DNA from: Octopus sinensis
Taxonomy: Eukaryota
DNA: 64,000 bases
NCBI RefSeq assembly: GCF_006345805.1
Contig: NC_042998.1
Coordinates: 134,974,001-135,038,000 of the forward strand
Direction: 5' to 3'
Both the position numbers and the translations under genes were made by a program. The notes under the pieces were generated by a model. It was given only the letters and a program-made list of their open reading frames with translations, was not told where the DNA came from and did not search any database. Of this stretch, positions 1 to 12,369 are shown one piece after another; within the stretch, counting starts at the first letter, position 1, and each line of letters opens with the position of its first letter.

Positions 1-1324
1 TTGTCCTTCATATTATTCAAATGACATTCCATTTATGGCTCCAATGCAAATACCTAAAAGCACTATAACAAAACAAAATGCTAGAAAGGTCTAGTGATCG
101 GTTCTTCATTACACAACTTGTTCTGTACCATTTTTTATGTCAAAACTTATCCAGTCATGCAAAGCAAAAATTATCTCTTTACAAAAAGGTATAACATTAA
201 TCAATCAGTCATCAGATCTGAAATGCCTAATTTGTTATTCTCAAATCAAAGTCCTTAAGTTCATCAAATACGATGCACAGATCTTGGTTTTGATAATATA
301 ATCTTTCTTGTAGCTGCATCACTGCACTTACAATCCATGATGGGAATTATCATTAATGATGTTCATAGGATATCATATGATCTTATTATTACATTTTAGT
401 ATTAATACTGCTTCCATCACTATTAAGTATCCTTAGTTAGTGTCATGCATGTAATTACTTGCATATTTATGTCCCAATGGCTCTGAAGATGTTCTTAGTT
501 CTTGTATAGAGGAATTGTAGTAGTAGCCCTGAATATCCATATTCTGCAGATGGAAATGTTTTTAGCTTTCATCGAATATTCCTACTTCACTGTTGTAAGA
601 TTATCCAATGTAGTCTATCCAAAGTCATAACACAAGATAATATTTTAGGTATCATGAAATCATAGTTACTGCTAATATTGGACATCTGGATTGAAATACA
701 TCTTATTCACCATGAACATCATTATAAATCTGTAATACATTTAATTATCTCTCCAGAGTTATCTTCCTCTATTTATCATAGATGTGTTGGTGTTGTTGTT
801 GCTTAGCTTTAGGTCAGCAAACCTATGCTCAAATGTAGTCCAACATTGACAATCCTATTTATAACCAGTGTATCTAGAAACACATAATCCAGTATATCCT
901 CCTCTTGTTAGGATCTTCAGGAAGCACTTTGAGAATGATTTGGTTACTGTTTGTAGCAGATAGAGTGATTATGCAGAGGTCCCCTCACTGATTTTTCCAT
1001 GTGTTGGAAGTTAGGAAGTTGATTCTATATAATAAAGATAAGTTTCTGGCTAGTGGGTTTAAGAATCTGAGTTCAATCCCAGTTGTAGCCACATCACTTC
1101 ACTTGAAGTGCTAACACCTTGAGAAAGACATAAGCTATTCATCTCCTTACAACCAGTGTACATGGGTACAAATTCCCAACTCAATGCTTGTGAGTCTTGA
1201 GCAGGGGCTTTTGTTGGGTAGCACTTTAAAATAATTATTTCTTACATTGTTACAAAGCAACATGTTTTGATGTATTCACGACAAATTGTTTCATAACTTA
1301 AAAACATGTAAATAATTTATGTTA

Positions 1325-2236
1325 TCTCTCTCTATATAAACGGCAGTTTGTCTGTGTGTGTTTCTGTGTGTCTGTTTGGTTGTACCCCCACTCTGACCAC
1401 GGCTTTCAACCGATTCTGTGAAACTTGACACACACATAACCCAATGTCATAATTCAAAACTAACGCAGCGAAAATTTTGAAAAGTTCCCCCAGTTCTGAA
1501 AAAAATTGATAAATTTGACATGGGGTCGAGAATCAGAAACACAAACCACAGACTGTCTAGGGGACGCAACTCGGCGTCATTTTTGACAGCACGAGTTCAG
1601 CTACTGTTTAAATAATGAATAACAAACCGCAACTTGACACATCTGTAAAGTATTTGATAACGAATGATGTGTGTGTGTGTGTGTGTTTGTGTGTGTTGAC
1701 CAGAAAATACAGCGTCCTTGCTACCATATTTCGTAACGAGTGACGTGTTGAGCGAAAATATAACGTCTTTGCTTACTTTGTAACGAATGACATTTTTAAC
1801 GCAAATAACGTTTCTTGACTTTCATATTTTTAAGAAAATCTTTATATATAAAAGACAAGTTGTGTGTCTGTCTCCTACGATTTAGATTCCTAACTACTCC
1901 CACATTTTGCGGTGCAGTTTAACCAAAACAGGGTATCTTATAGTCGTGATTCATATCGATCCCTTCTGGGTATTAGCGCGCGTCTACGATGAGTCTACGA
2001 TTTAAAAAAAAATTTACCATCATTTTTTCCATTTTAATGCATTTTATTCGCTATTATATAAGGGAAGTAACTCTCTAAAAATGTTTATGATGAGTCAACG
2101 ATTTTTAAAAAAATTTACCATAATTTTTTTTCCATTTTTAATGCATTTTATTCTTTTTTTTTGGCTATAACTCTCTAAAAATGCTTATATAGTTATTTCC
2201 CTTACAAACCCGAGCAACGCCTGGCGATACTGCTAG
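1325..2236 (+). mobile_element. Non-autonomous Helitron (composite, two 5' ends)
   Basis: Begins A|TC (TCTCTCTCTATATAAACGG, 1325); second A|TC start at 1839 (TCTTTATATATAAAAGAC); ends with a degenerate hairpin CCCGAGCAACGCCTGG followed by CTAG|T at 2233-2237. Internal sub-repeats (tctacgat, taactctctaaaaatg); CpG-richer than its flanks. Confidence 0.8.
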
Positions 2237-2688
2237 TTATATTTAAATGCAAAAACTCCTTCAAAATAATGCAGAATTGAAGTTACATCCTCAGGTGAAA
2301 GAAAGTCATTGTTAAATACTAAATTCAATGATACATTAAGGAGCTTTTTTTATGAGTACTATTTGATTACTTGAATCCATATATTATGACCTAAATTTAT
2401 ATATATATAATATATATAATGGCCTTCCATACAGTTTCCATCTACCAAATTCACTCATAAGACATTGGTTGGTCCAGGGCTATAATAGAATGCACTTACA
2501 TAAGATGCCACTCAGTGACATTGAACCCCCAACCATGTGGTTGCAAACCAAACTCCTTAACTACACAGCCATGCCTTGTCTATAATCATAAAGAAAATTA
2601 CATATTTGGTGGTTGAGTTAGTGCTTTAAGGTCAGAAAATGCTGAAAACATTTGTTCTTTCTCCAGGGTAGATCACATAACCATTATT

Positions 2689-2692
<4 letters not shown>

Positions 2693-2733
<41 letters not shown>
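2693..2733. repeat. (TA)n microsatellite
   Basis: Direct reading; other long (TA)n tracts at 13878-13957, 39901-39947 and 63511-63561. Confidence 0.98.
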
Positions 2734-2737
<4 letters not shown>

Positions 2738-5097
2738 ATAATAAAAAATATAAATCTCTCCTTCAATATTCATCATGTTTAGGTGTTATATTGTTCAAAG
2801 GTCAAAACGGTATTTAGATAACTGAGAAAGCTTTTTTATATTACTTAATCACTTGCCAACTATTCAGTAAAGGTAAAAATTGTTTCGTTGTTGTCAAGTC
2901 CTACCAGGTCAAAATCTATAACACATCTTATCAAATTTGAGATTTGGCTTAGCATATATATATTGCTGCTACTTAAAGATTTTTTTCCTCAAAGGTAAAT
3001 ACTGTATATTTTTACATTTTTCTTATATTATTTTCCCCAAATTACATGTACTAACAATATTAGCAAACTAACTTCACTTATTCGCAATTTCATGTCTGTT
3101 GTTAATTCTGCTTATGAGGTGGTAAGCTGGCAGAATCATTATTGTGCCGGACAAAATGTTTAGCAGTATTTATTCTGTCTACATGTTCTGAGGTTGACTT
3201 TGCCTTTCATCCTTTTTGGGGTTGATAAAATAAGTACCAGTTGAGAATGGGGGCTAATGTAATTGACTAGTCCTATCCCTATTAGTTCTGTGTATAAATC
3301 TTATTTAAATTTTTCTTTTTATCATAGGTTTATGGTATATGAAGCTCATTTTTACATTTTATTTAGTGTTTTTTTTTTCTAGTGTACAATGTTATAACTA
3401 AAAATGTCTTTCTTTGTGACATCAACCATATCATTATAGGCCAGTTGTTCTCAACATTTTTTGACTCGGTACCACTTTTCATTGGACAGTGTTTTAACAA
3501 ATATCCTTACTCTGTTCTGCAAAAAAAAAAAAAAATGAAAATTAAAGGAAGAATCATTTTACACCATGTTACATATTTTCTTGTGGTTAGTATATTACAC
3601 TTACAATTTCAAGATTGCAGTTTTAATTCCCAAAGTGGGCAGTGCAATGTGTTCTTCAGCAAAACACTTCATGTTGCTCCAGTCTTCTCAGTAACCCTGT
3701 GACAAACTGATGTTCCATTCAAAGGGGATGTTGTGATGTTGGTTGCTTATACACTATGGAAACTGGGCAACCAACCCTATGAGTTGCAGGACTTGAGACA
3801 GTACTTACATTTTTACATATTTTTTTATTGTATCCTACTCACCTGTGTTGCTTTTTAGATATTTGAGTGGACTAGAGCCCCAATGGTGCTACAGTTTTAT
3901 GGAAATTATTAAAGAAAGCAAAAAGTTACATAACGAATCCATTTTGAACCTTGGTGATTCATCAGTCATGTTTCTTTCAGCTCACTGATAACATAATGTT
4001 ACTCTAGTCCCTCTGCCAAAGTCTCCCACCCCACCCCAGTGTGTATATAAGTATTGTACCAGAATTAGATATTGTATTTCTAAGAAAAAAAAAGAATGAC
4101 TATTTTAAACATTCAGTAGCCCCTATATTACCCCTTGATATCTGTTGCTCTCCAGAGGAAGGGGGAACACTACTAAGTTTAAGAACCACAGTTATATGTT
4201 TATTAATCAGTCTCTTAATTTATCTTTGTTATCTACTGAGAATATAAGAGCTTATGTTGTTGTTGTTCAACCCAAGATTAATCCTTACTGAGTAGACCTG
4301 ATCAAAGATGTTCCAACCATGGCCAATGTTTTCTTTTTAAAGGCAATAGGATATGGTTCAGAGAGATTGACTGTTAGTTTTAGCAAGTTTCCCTCTTTGG
4401 CTTCTGACAGTTTATGTTCTCCTAAAATGGTAAATACATCAATACATTCATCAGCTGCTCTATATAACGGTTTCTTAGTAATATTAACCTAATTGTTTGA
4501 TTACTATATCATCTTATGAAAACCTTAGCTCAGTTCATAATTTTACAGTTTATATATTTTTTTATTATTTAAATTGAGTTCCAAATAAAATAAATTTTAA
4601 TATCTATATCATTTTTATCACATTCTTTTCAATTCCTAATATATGTAAGATTTTCTAATTTAATCTTTTTACATGTTAGTCATTGGAGGAGGGGCAATCA
4701 CCCATTGCCTTTCCAAATACTCCCAGATGGACATATCTGATACTCAGCTTGAAAATCTGGAAGCAAAACTTGGGCCAAGAGGGACTTGGGGTCTGAATGC
4801 TTTGGACAGAGCCAATTCCACAAGGACCAGTTGGTGGTGTTAAATTTGGTGGGCATGTTAGAATTATGCCCCTAAATATCTATGTTGCTAGGCTTAATTA
4901 CATTACAAACAAAATATGCATTTTGTTTATTGTGAAATGGTTCAGTATACTTTTTATCGTTACTTGTTTCAATTATTGGACTGTTGCCAAATTGACTTAT
5001 TTTTAAGTTTGGTATTTAATCTATCAATCTCTTTTGCTGAACCACTAAGATATGAGGATGTAAACAAGCTAAGATATGAGGATGTCAAGCCATGATA

Positions 5098-5191
5098 GAC
5101 ACACACATACACACAAACACACACACACACACACAACACACAAGTACATACATACACACATGCATGCGCACACACAAACACGTGCATGCAT

Positions 5192-5227
<36 letters not shown>

Positions 5228-5232
5228 CACAC
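5098..5232. repeat. Compound (CA)n microsatellite inside a SINE
   Basis: Direct reading; explains the CV- and HT-rich ORFs in the ORF track. Confidence 0.97.
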
Positions 5233-5643
5233 AGAGGCTTCTTCACACTTTCTGCTTAACAAATTCACTCACAAGGTTTTGTTCAGCCCAGAGAAAGAGT
5301 AGAAAATATCCACCCAAGCTACTGCATAGTGGAACTGAAACCAAAATCACATGGCTGCAAAGTGCAAACCAAGCTTCTTAATCACACAGTCATGTCATCA
5401 TGTCTGCACTTTGATAAATGACTAAAATCAACCCAGGCGAAATTCAAACTGAAAACATAAAGGAAAGCTATTAAGAAAATATTAAAGCTTCCTTTACTTA
5501 ATTATATCTAATCCAACAGTAAAAATTAATAGCTATAACTACTGTTGAAATTACAAATGACTTGCTCTTTATTTTAATTCTTGATTTTCTATTAACATAT
5601 AACTGATATTTTTTAAATAAAATTTGAAGAGAGAATGTATGTG

Positions 5644-5646
<3 letters not shown>

Positions 5647-5699
<53 letters not shown>
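5647..5699. repeat. (GA)n microsatellite
   Basis: Direct reading; a (TC)-rich tract also lies at 26767-26834. Confidence 0.98.
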
Positions 5700-5701
<2 letters not shown>

Positions 5702-6637
5702 TGTGTGATAGAGATGGAATGTGAGGGAGAAAGATTAGAACTATACATTTCTCTAACATCATGAGGAATAGCCTGCTGCACAACTTCCAGACAAATGTAG
5801 GTGATTTATCTGTAAATTTAAATCACAGTTATAAAATGTGTCAACTAAAAGTACGTTTTCTCATTTATTTGGATATAAAAAATAAAACTAAAAAATATGA
5901 TATTTTTGACAATTGTCAGGTAAACTGACAAACCAACTTGCACATTGACAAGCACTGTGGTTTCTAGAGGGAATTTTAAATACAAGCATGTAAAACATGT
6001 AAGAAAGTACCTCAAGGAAGTGCTTTGCATACTAAATACATACACATATGGTAAGGTCTCACATATATAATGAACTGAGTTGAAAAACTTTGATTAAATA
6101 AGATTATCCATGCAATTAGTAGACTAGAAAAAAAAAAGCAAAAAGTAATCATGGAAGATAACCCTGGTAAAATCAGCTAACTGAAATTTTTGGAAAACAT
6201 AAACATGGGTGTGTAGTTAAGAAGCTCACTTTGCAACCTCGATATAAGATAAAAGAATTTAGATGAGAGTTATTCTGATGTTTAAAACCAACCAGCAAAT
6301 ACAGACATGTTCCAGTCTTATGAGATCTCCTTATCAAAGCATATTCTATTCAGTTGGGAAGCTTTAGAAATGATCACTATTTATAGAAACAGTGAGAACA
6401 TAGTGTGTCTGGTTATGGTTATCAACAATATGACTCAGGGAAAAGTTCTGTACATAAGAAAGGGTTTCACAAACAGGATCATTTTGACAGCGTTATAGCA
6501 CTTTACCCTCTCCAGACCAGTGCAATGTACTGTCTATTAAAACCTCAGCAACTATAGAGTACCATTGGGCCTCTAGACTTGTGTGGACCCTGCTTCCCTG
6601 TCAACTGCCCAGTGAGCTCATGCCTTAAGATGGCACT

Positions 6638-7022
6638 CTTTTACTGTTACTTGTTTCAGTCATTTGACTGTGGCCATGCTGGAGCATCGCCTTTAGTCGA
6701 GCAAATCGACCCCAGAACTTATTCTTTGTAAGCCTAGTACTTATTCTATCGGTCTCTTTTGCCAAACCACTAATTTACAGGAATGTAAGCACACCAGCAT
6801 CGGTTGTCAAGCTATGTCGGGGGGGACAAACAGACACAAATATACATATACATATATACAATGGGCTTGTTTCAGTTTCCGTTTACCAAATCCACTCACA
6901 AGGTCTTGGTTGGCCCGAGGCTATAATAGAAGACATTTGCCCAAGGTGCTACGCAGTGGCACTGAACCCAGAACCACATGGATGGTAAGCAAGCTACTTA
7001 CCACACAGCCATTCCTGCGTCT
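6638..7022 (-). mobile_element. tRNA-headed SINE, family A (CORE-like ACCTTGGGCAA motif, internal microsatellite; resembles octopus OR-type SINEs)
   Basis: The minus strand starts with A-box/B-box-like GGCTGTGTGG...GGTTCAGTGCC, then GCACCTTGGGCAAATGTCTT. The same body recurs at about 2420-2580, 5230-5395, 8405-8765, 13957-14310, 14480-15030, 32930-33090, 34520-34650, 59512-59845 and 60695-61045 (-), and at 27963-28335, 42045-42455, 45392-45835, 47300-47445 and 58205-58618 (+). The family name is from memory, not a search. Confidence 0.85.
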
Positions 7023-7072
7023 GCTTACATATTTCACTGGTTTCTCTTGTTTGTTGCTTTTAAGTTTTTTAA

Positions 7073-7350
7073 CCCTTGCAGATGAATTTAGTACTGACCG
7101 TCTGTGCTGTGTACTGGTATTAGGCTGTTCAGTAACTACATTTTTCACACAAGAAATTTTACAGTGTATTTACAGATTCTTTTCAGTGTAGTATATTTGA
7201 AAACAGTGCTGTACAGAGAGAGACATCACACTGCTCACACACACAGTACCACTTCCTGTCTGCAAGGGGATAAACAGATCTTGAAACAGGTTTTTGGTAC
7301 TTGTTGCAAATATAATCTCAATTAATCAGAGACCTTACCTTATGTGTATT
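7073..7350 (-). mobile_element. piggyBac-like transposon 3' remnant
   Basis: TTAA|CCCTT terminus at 7069-7077. The minus strand encodes a frameshifted Cys-rich C-terminus (...YCVCEQCDVSLC / HCFQIYYTEKNL*), the CxxCDVxLC...CF motif typical of piggyBac transposases. Confidence 0.6.
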
Positions 7351-7364
7351 TAGTAGGTACACTA

Positions 7365-8404
7365 TTCCCTTGAGCTACTTTCCCTTACTGTGTTCCTTGG
7401 AAAATCTTCAAACAATCCTTTAATTTTGGCCATCAGCTCAGCCTTACTTGAGAAAGACACCAACCACTCTGTCTGCAACACCATGTGCCACATGTAGTAA
7501 CCCATGAAATGACAATTGGTGAGATTAGGAGGCCAAAAATTGGGGCTGGTGAAGTGATAGAAATTCTCCAACAATCATTTCTGATTGTTCCAGAGTTATG
7601 GCAAGGAGCCAAATCCTCCTTCCATACATATGACCTTCTAGCAGCTTCACATAACCATCTGAATTGAGCCTAATGTCCTGTTCGAGGCTGTGGGGCAGCA
7701 TAACGTCACTCTCACTGGAGACACACCCAAAGACCATCACAGTTTGGGGAAACTTGGTTTTCAGGATATGTGGAATATCACATGGATTGTAGATAATCCA
7801 TCTGCTGTTCTAGGTGTTGCACAACTGGTCTTGGCAGAAGTTCTTGTTCTTTTCATCTGAGAAGAACCAGATCATCTTTGACTCAGTAGGATGCCTCAGC
7901 TTATTTGTTTTTCTCAAGCAGTTCTCCTTGGCCTTAGCTATCAGAATTTGTCCCTTGTGCTTCTTGTATGAGTAGTAGCAATGGTCATTATCTAGACTCA
8001 ACTTTATGGTGGTGACTCCAACACCCATCTTTTTTGCCAAAGCCTGGATTCCCTTGCTCAGATCTTCCATCACCTTGTCCTGCAGTTGTTGGATGAACCC
8101 CAGCATGCAGACACTGTCAGAATATCTGCTATGTCTCTTCCTGCTCACCATGGCTTTGTAGTCTTCATTGCAGCTGTTCATATACATCTTACAGCCTTTT
8201 CAGACTATTGAGCTTAGTCATGGTGTTAGCATTTTGATACCTGGCATAAATTATCATGATACAAGTAACTCCTTTCCAGTATTCAGATAGCTTCCAGTCC
8301 TCCATGTCAGCTAACTTATTCTCAACTACAGCTTTAATTTTTATGCTCTCCAATGCCATTCTTGAAAAAGCAATCGTCAAATTTAGTTTGTTTCAGCCAT
8401 CAGA
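7365..8404 (-). mobile_element. Decayed Tc1/mariner transposase of the maT (DD37D) type
   Basis: WFFSDEKN, VMVFGCVS, YVWKEDLAPCH and WPPN motifs across frameshifts (ORF track 7810..8187, 7525..7740, 7362..7574). There are 37 residues between the second Asp and the third catalytic position, which is now Gly. Both ends are truncated or interrupted. Confidence 0.85.
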
Positions 8405-8765
8405 CTGCAGCTTTGCTGGGGGCACCGCCTTGAAACATTTTAGTCGAATGAATCGACAGGACTCATTTTTTAAAAAATCCTGGTACTTTATTCAATCGAT
8501 CTTGCTGAACCGCTAAGTTACGGGAACTTAAACACATTAAAACCGGTTGTCAGGCGATGGTGAGGGACAAATACTGACACAAAGAGTTACACACACACAC
8601 GTACATACATATATACATACGATTAGTTTCTTTCAGTTTGTCTACCGAATCCACTCATAAGATTTTGGTCGGCCTTAGGCTATAAAAGGCACTCGGCCAA
8701 GGTGCCACGCAGTGGGACTGAACCCGGAACCATGTGGTTGGGAAGCAGATATCTTAGCCACACAC
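8405..8765 (-). mobile_element. SINE family A copy (CpG-retaining)
   Basis: Same body as 6638-7022, with CpGs intact (GGTGCCACGCAGTGGGACTGAACCCGG). Confidence 0.85.
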
Positions 8766-9479
8766 ATACACTGATTTCTGATTCTTAAAATATGCTTTGC
8801 TAACGAGATATTATACAACCGAAAGATGCTCCGATCATTTCCCACTATATTTTCCCTCAAAATGTGTTAATTAAATTGGAGTTCTCTCCCTTGCTCATTG
8901 GTTTTAGATTTTAAACATCTTTAGAGGGAGTTTTTGTTCACTAATTGCTCTGAATAATCATAGATAAACGAAGTTTTTCATCTCACTTTTATTTTGCACA
9001 TAAGAGAGTAAGCCGTATATATAAAATAAATGTATGAGTATGAGATATACACGTTTAAAACGTTAGACAGACAGATAGATAGATAGATAGATATAAATTC
9101 CTAGCTGGTCAATCGATGGAATGTTGGTCAGTGACTTAAGTTTGACGTTTTCTCTCTTCCCTTCGACGCTTCATTTTATCTGTCATTAAGCATTCCCCAG
9201 TCGGTTACGATGAGATACCGTTCACCCCTAGGAGCATTGCATAATTAAATAACGTGTATTTTACTTGAAAGTTATATGCTAAACACAAATCGGTAAATCT
9301 TCTGAAAGACCTGGAAATGACAGCCAGTAATTCTCCTAGACATCTAAATATTTAATCGTATCTTGACGAGCTGCTAGTGTATTAACTACTTCGCTTTGTT
9401 AGTTAATTTAATTTAACCTCCAGTTATAATTCACATTTAGACCAAGTAAAAGGTTTTCATTGAGCAATTGATATGCTGA

Positions 9480-9770
9480 GCTTGAAGTTAACCAGTGGCG
9501 ACGACGGCGAGTGAGTGGGAAAGGCTTTATCAAATACTCCACCTCAAGTTTGTTGACGTTTCACTGTTCGGCCACACGTTTGGCGCGCACCATCTTTCAG
9601 TTCTGCTAGTGTTTTGAGACACGAAGGAGCAACTTTTGTTTACGACTCTTAAAACCTTCGCATCGGTTTTAGTTAACGAAGAAAAAGTGAAAACAGACTT
9701 AGTTTGACAGCTAGCCGAGTGAAGCAATTACTTCGCCCCCACCAACATATATCGGAGTGTCATATGTACA
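9480..9770 (+). promoter_or_regulatory. Candidate promoter / non-coding first exon
   Basis: Non-repetitive, CpG-dense (9 CpG in 9481-9600); E2F-type TTTGGCGC at 9579-9586; consensus donor ACA|GTAAGT at 9771 followed by a T/C-rich intron start. No transcript evidence. Confidence 0.45.
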
Positions 9771-10614
9771 GTAAGTTACTTCTTTAGTCTTTTTTTCTCT
9801 TCTTTCTTTCCGATTATTTTTCGTGCTAGGTAGGATTCGAATTCTGACATTATAAATCACTAAATTTCTAGTTCGACAACCAAATGGCCGACTTTACTGT
9901 TACTCGGCCATTACGATTACTAATATATCTATTTTGAGATCTGTACTTTAAAAATTGCTCTATATTTATTGTATTTTTTAGTTGTGATAAATATGGATAG
10001 ATAAGTAAGACATTTAATAGTTGAGGATAAATTCAATAGATTAGAAATCTTTGTAAGCAAAAGCATCCCTGTTGATAGTTAATTTTTTGTTGAAAATTGT
10101 GTATGTATATCATATCAACTTTATTTTTGTTGTTAGTGCGCTAACGACCAACAATTATTATGAACGTCACAACTTTGCTTTTTCTAGCCGGTCCATGCCT
10201 CTCTCTCCCCCATCCGCACTGTATTTTATGATTTACTAGACTTTCCGGTGTCACCTGAAACAAAGAGACCCGTTGTAGGAAAGGCAGGAACTGCTACGAT
10301 ATCACTTAATAAAAGTGCAACCTCTTGTCTAGTTATGTATGAAGTCTTCTTGCCAACAGACTATTGTTTATGAAACGAACAGATTTACTATGTAGTGTGA
10401 GTGTATTATATAAGGTTGCAACGATGTCTCGGCACACCGAGTCAATGACCTTCTAACGTTTTCCGCTTGCAACTTCTATTTCACATCTTTTCGCTCCACG
10501 TCGCTACTTTGGAGGGCGGGTGTGTATGAAATGCACGAAACTCACAACAGCTCCCTGCAAACCTTTGTACAATACAAATCTGGAACTTTTTTTTTTTTTC
10601 TTTTCCTTTTCTAA

Positions 10615-10815
10615 TCTAGGCACAATGTTCGAAATTTTGGGGGATGGGGCCAGTCGATTAGTTCGACCTAGCACGCAACTGGTACTTAATTTATCGATCC
10701 CGAAAGGATGAAAAGTAAAGTCGACCTCGGCGGAATTTGAATTCAGAACATAATGACAGACGAAATAAGCATTTCGCCCGGCGTACTAAGGTTTCTGCCA
10801 GCTCGCCGCCTATGC
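10615..10815 (-). mobile_element. tRNA-headed SINE, family B (central GTCGAC...TTTCATCCTTTCGGGGTCGATAAAATAAGTACCAG domain)
   Basis: Recurs at about 3115-3290, 35355-35545, 54035-54210 and 54810-54965 (+), and at 17815-18130 (two tandem copies), 38760-38955 and 46905-47085 (-). Superfamily (Deu/Nin/Meta) not determined. Confidence 0.8.
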
Positions 10816-12369
10816 GATAAAAATGAAAACAATTATTTATTCCCAATGCATTTTGGATAGGCGGTTTGAATTATTTCATTTGTTCGAAATGGCTTGTTTA
10901 TTTAGCATCAATTCAACCATGATAGATCAGACCTGTGGACGAAATATTCCAACCATGACAGTTTCGACTTTTTGCTGGGCCTTCTGTACACAGAATCACA
11001 TTTGATGTGTCATTTTTGAAGACCTAAGGTGTAGATTGAGGGTAATTTGGCTGCTGTTTTGAACGGATCGAGCACCATTTGGGCTTGTTGCAATTATGGT
11101 GATCCATTTGGCACCACGTGGAGGTAGGAACATTGCCAGACTATTGATGTGGTAGTAGTGATAAAATTGTGGGCAGTATTGTTGACATTCATGAATAACT
11201 AGTGAGATTATGAAACTTATTTTGATTTATCTTCTATCAAAGAAAGAAAAAAAAATCGACGGTAGTGCCCCAGCATGACCACAGCTTTAAAGCTGAAGCA
11301 ATTTAAAGAATTGATATAAACTATTATTTACTTCTGTGATTTCCTGCCACTTGTATATTTTTACTGCTGTTTTGTCTGTTTTGTTGGTAAATAGAACCGG
11401 CGATCTACTTTCGATTCCCTGTTGGGAATTATTTGGCGTATATCCCAATATCTATGGGTAAAACATGAATATCAGGTTCACTATTCTCCGTCCAGTATAA
11501 TATAATTCCTGCACGGAAGGAGGATTTTAAACGATTATAAATGCTATCCATTAACGAGGAAACTCGAGGTGCAATTAAGTGAAAAAATACCCTTCAAATA
11601 AATGAATATTCCTATTAAAGTTGGCATTGTGGTAAGGTAGAAATTTACGGGAAATCCGTGGCAACGACTACGTTTTCGATTCACAGTTACCATAAGAATG
11701 GCTTTTGTAACAGTGTACGTTGCCAAAAGTTTATACTGTTTCTTTTCTCTAAATTTAGGCTTGATATAACTTCACATCAAAATTTGAGCCAACGGGAGAG
11801 CCTCTATGTACGAGAAATAGCAACCAAATCATACCCTTACTTGGATAATATAGGCCTGAGTTCCCTGCTTATAAGAAAAAGTTGGGATGGTTACAGCTGA
11901 AATGTTTTTGACCAGGTCTGCTGGATTAGGGCTGACCGGTAGCTAAACGAACTGTAGCAATCATTTTCAGAGGAAATTTAGATTTCTATATGACCAACAA
12001 ATATACACATGCATACAGAAACTTCCTTTTAGTGATTTCTTCAATTTATCTATAATAATACTAATAAAAGAAAGTATGGTTCCATTTGCAAATAGTTCGT
12101 TATGCCATTCAGGACGTCGGCCAAAATTGTGGTATATAGTCGTATTCCATTCTGAGTTCAGAATTGCTGGAGTCAATTTAGTATGTGTCAGAGTAGAAGT
12201 ATCTGTCAAATGTGCGGCCTTATGTCTACCTACGTTAGACATTTTTATTTATAATTTTAAATATTATAATCATATTTTTTTAAATCGTAAATTACAGAAT
12301 TGGTAGTCGCCGGTTGACTTTGCTTTTTAATACTACTTTTTATATATTAACCTGAATGATTTTAATAAT

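Noticed and set aside
325-560. Minus-strand GTAAGTG donor at 331-325 and a possible acceptor near 549
   Set aside because: All three frames next to the donor hit stops within about 45 nt, before any acceptor; no coherent exon can be built.
4675-4880. Locally GC-richer block with open frames on both strands, suspected exon of a left-hand gene
   Set aside because: No translation resembles a family I recognise, and no consistent acceptor/donor pair was found.
4969-5381. ORF-track ORFs 4969..5268 (-) and 5076..5381 (+), and similar ones at 14555..14902, 5569..5781 and 63328..63582
   Set aside because: Their CV/HT/ARAY/SL/YI repeats are translations of microsatellites; they have no protein-family features.
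7055-7120. Good-looking + strand acceptor (ttttttaacccttgcag|ATG)
   Set aside because: Better explained as the TTAA|CCC terminus of a piggyBac remnant.
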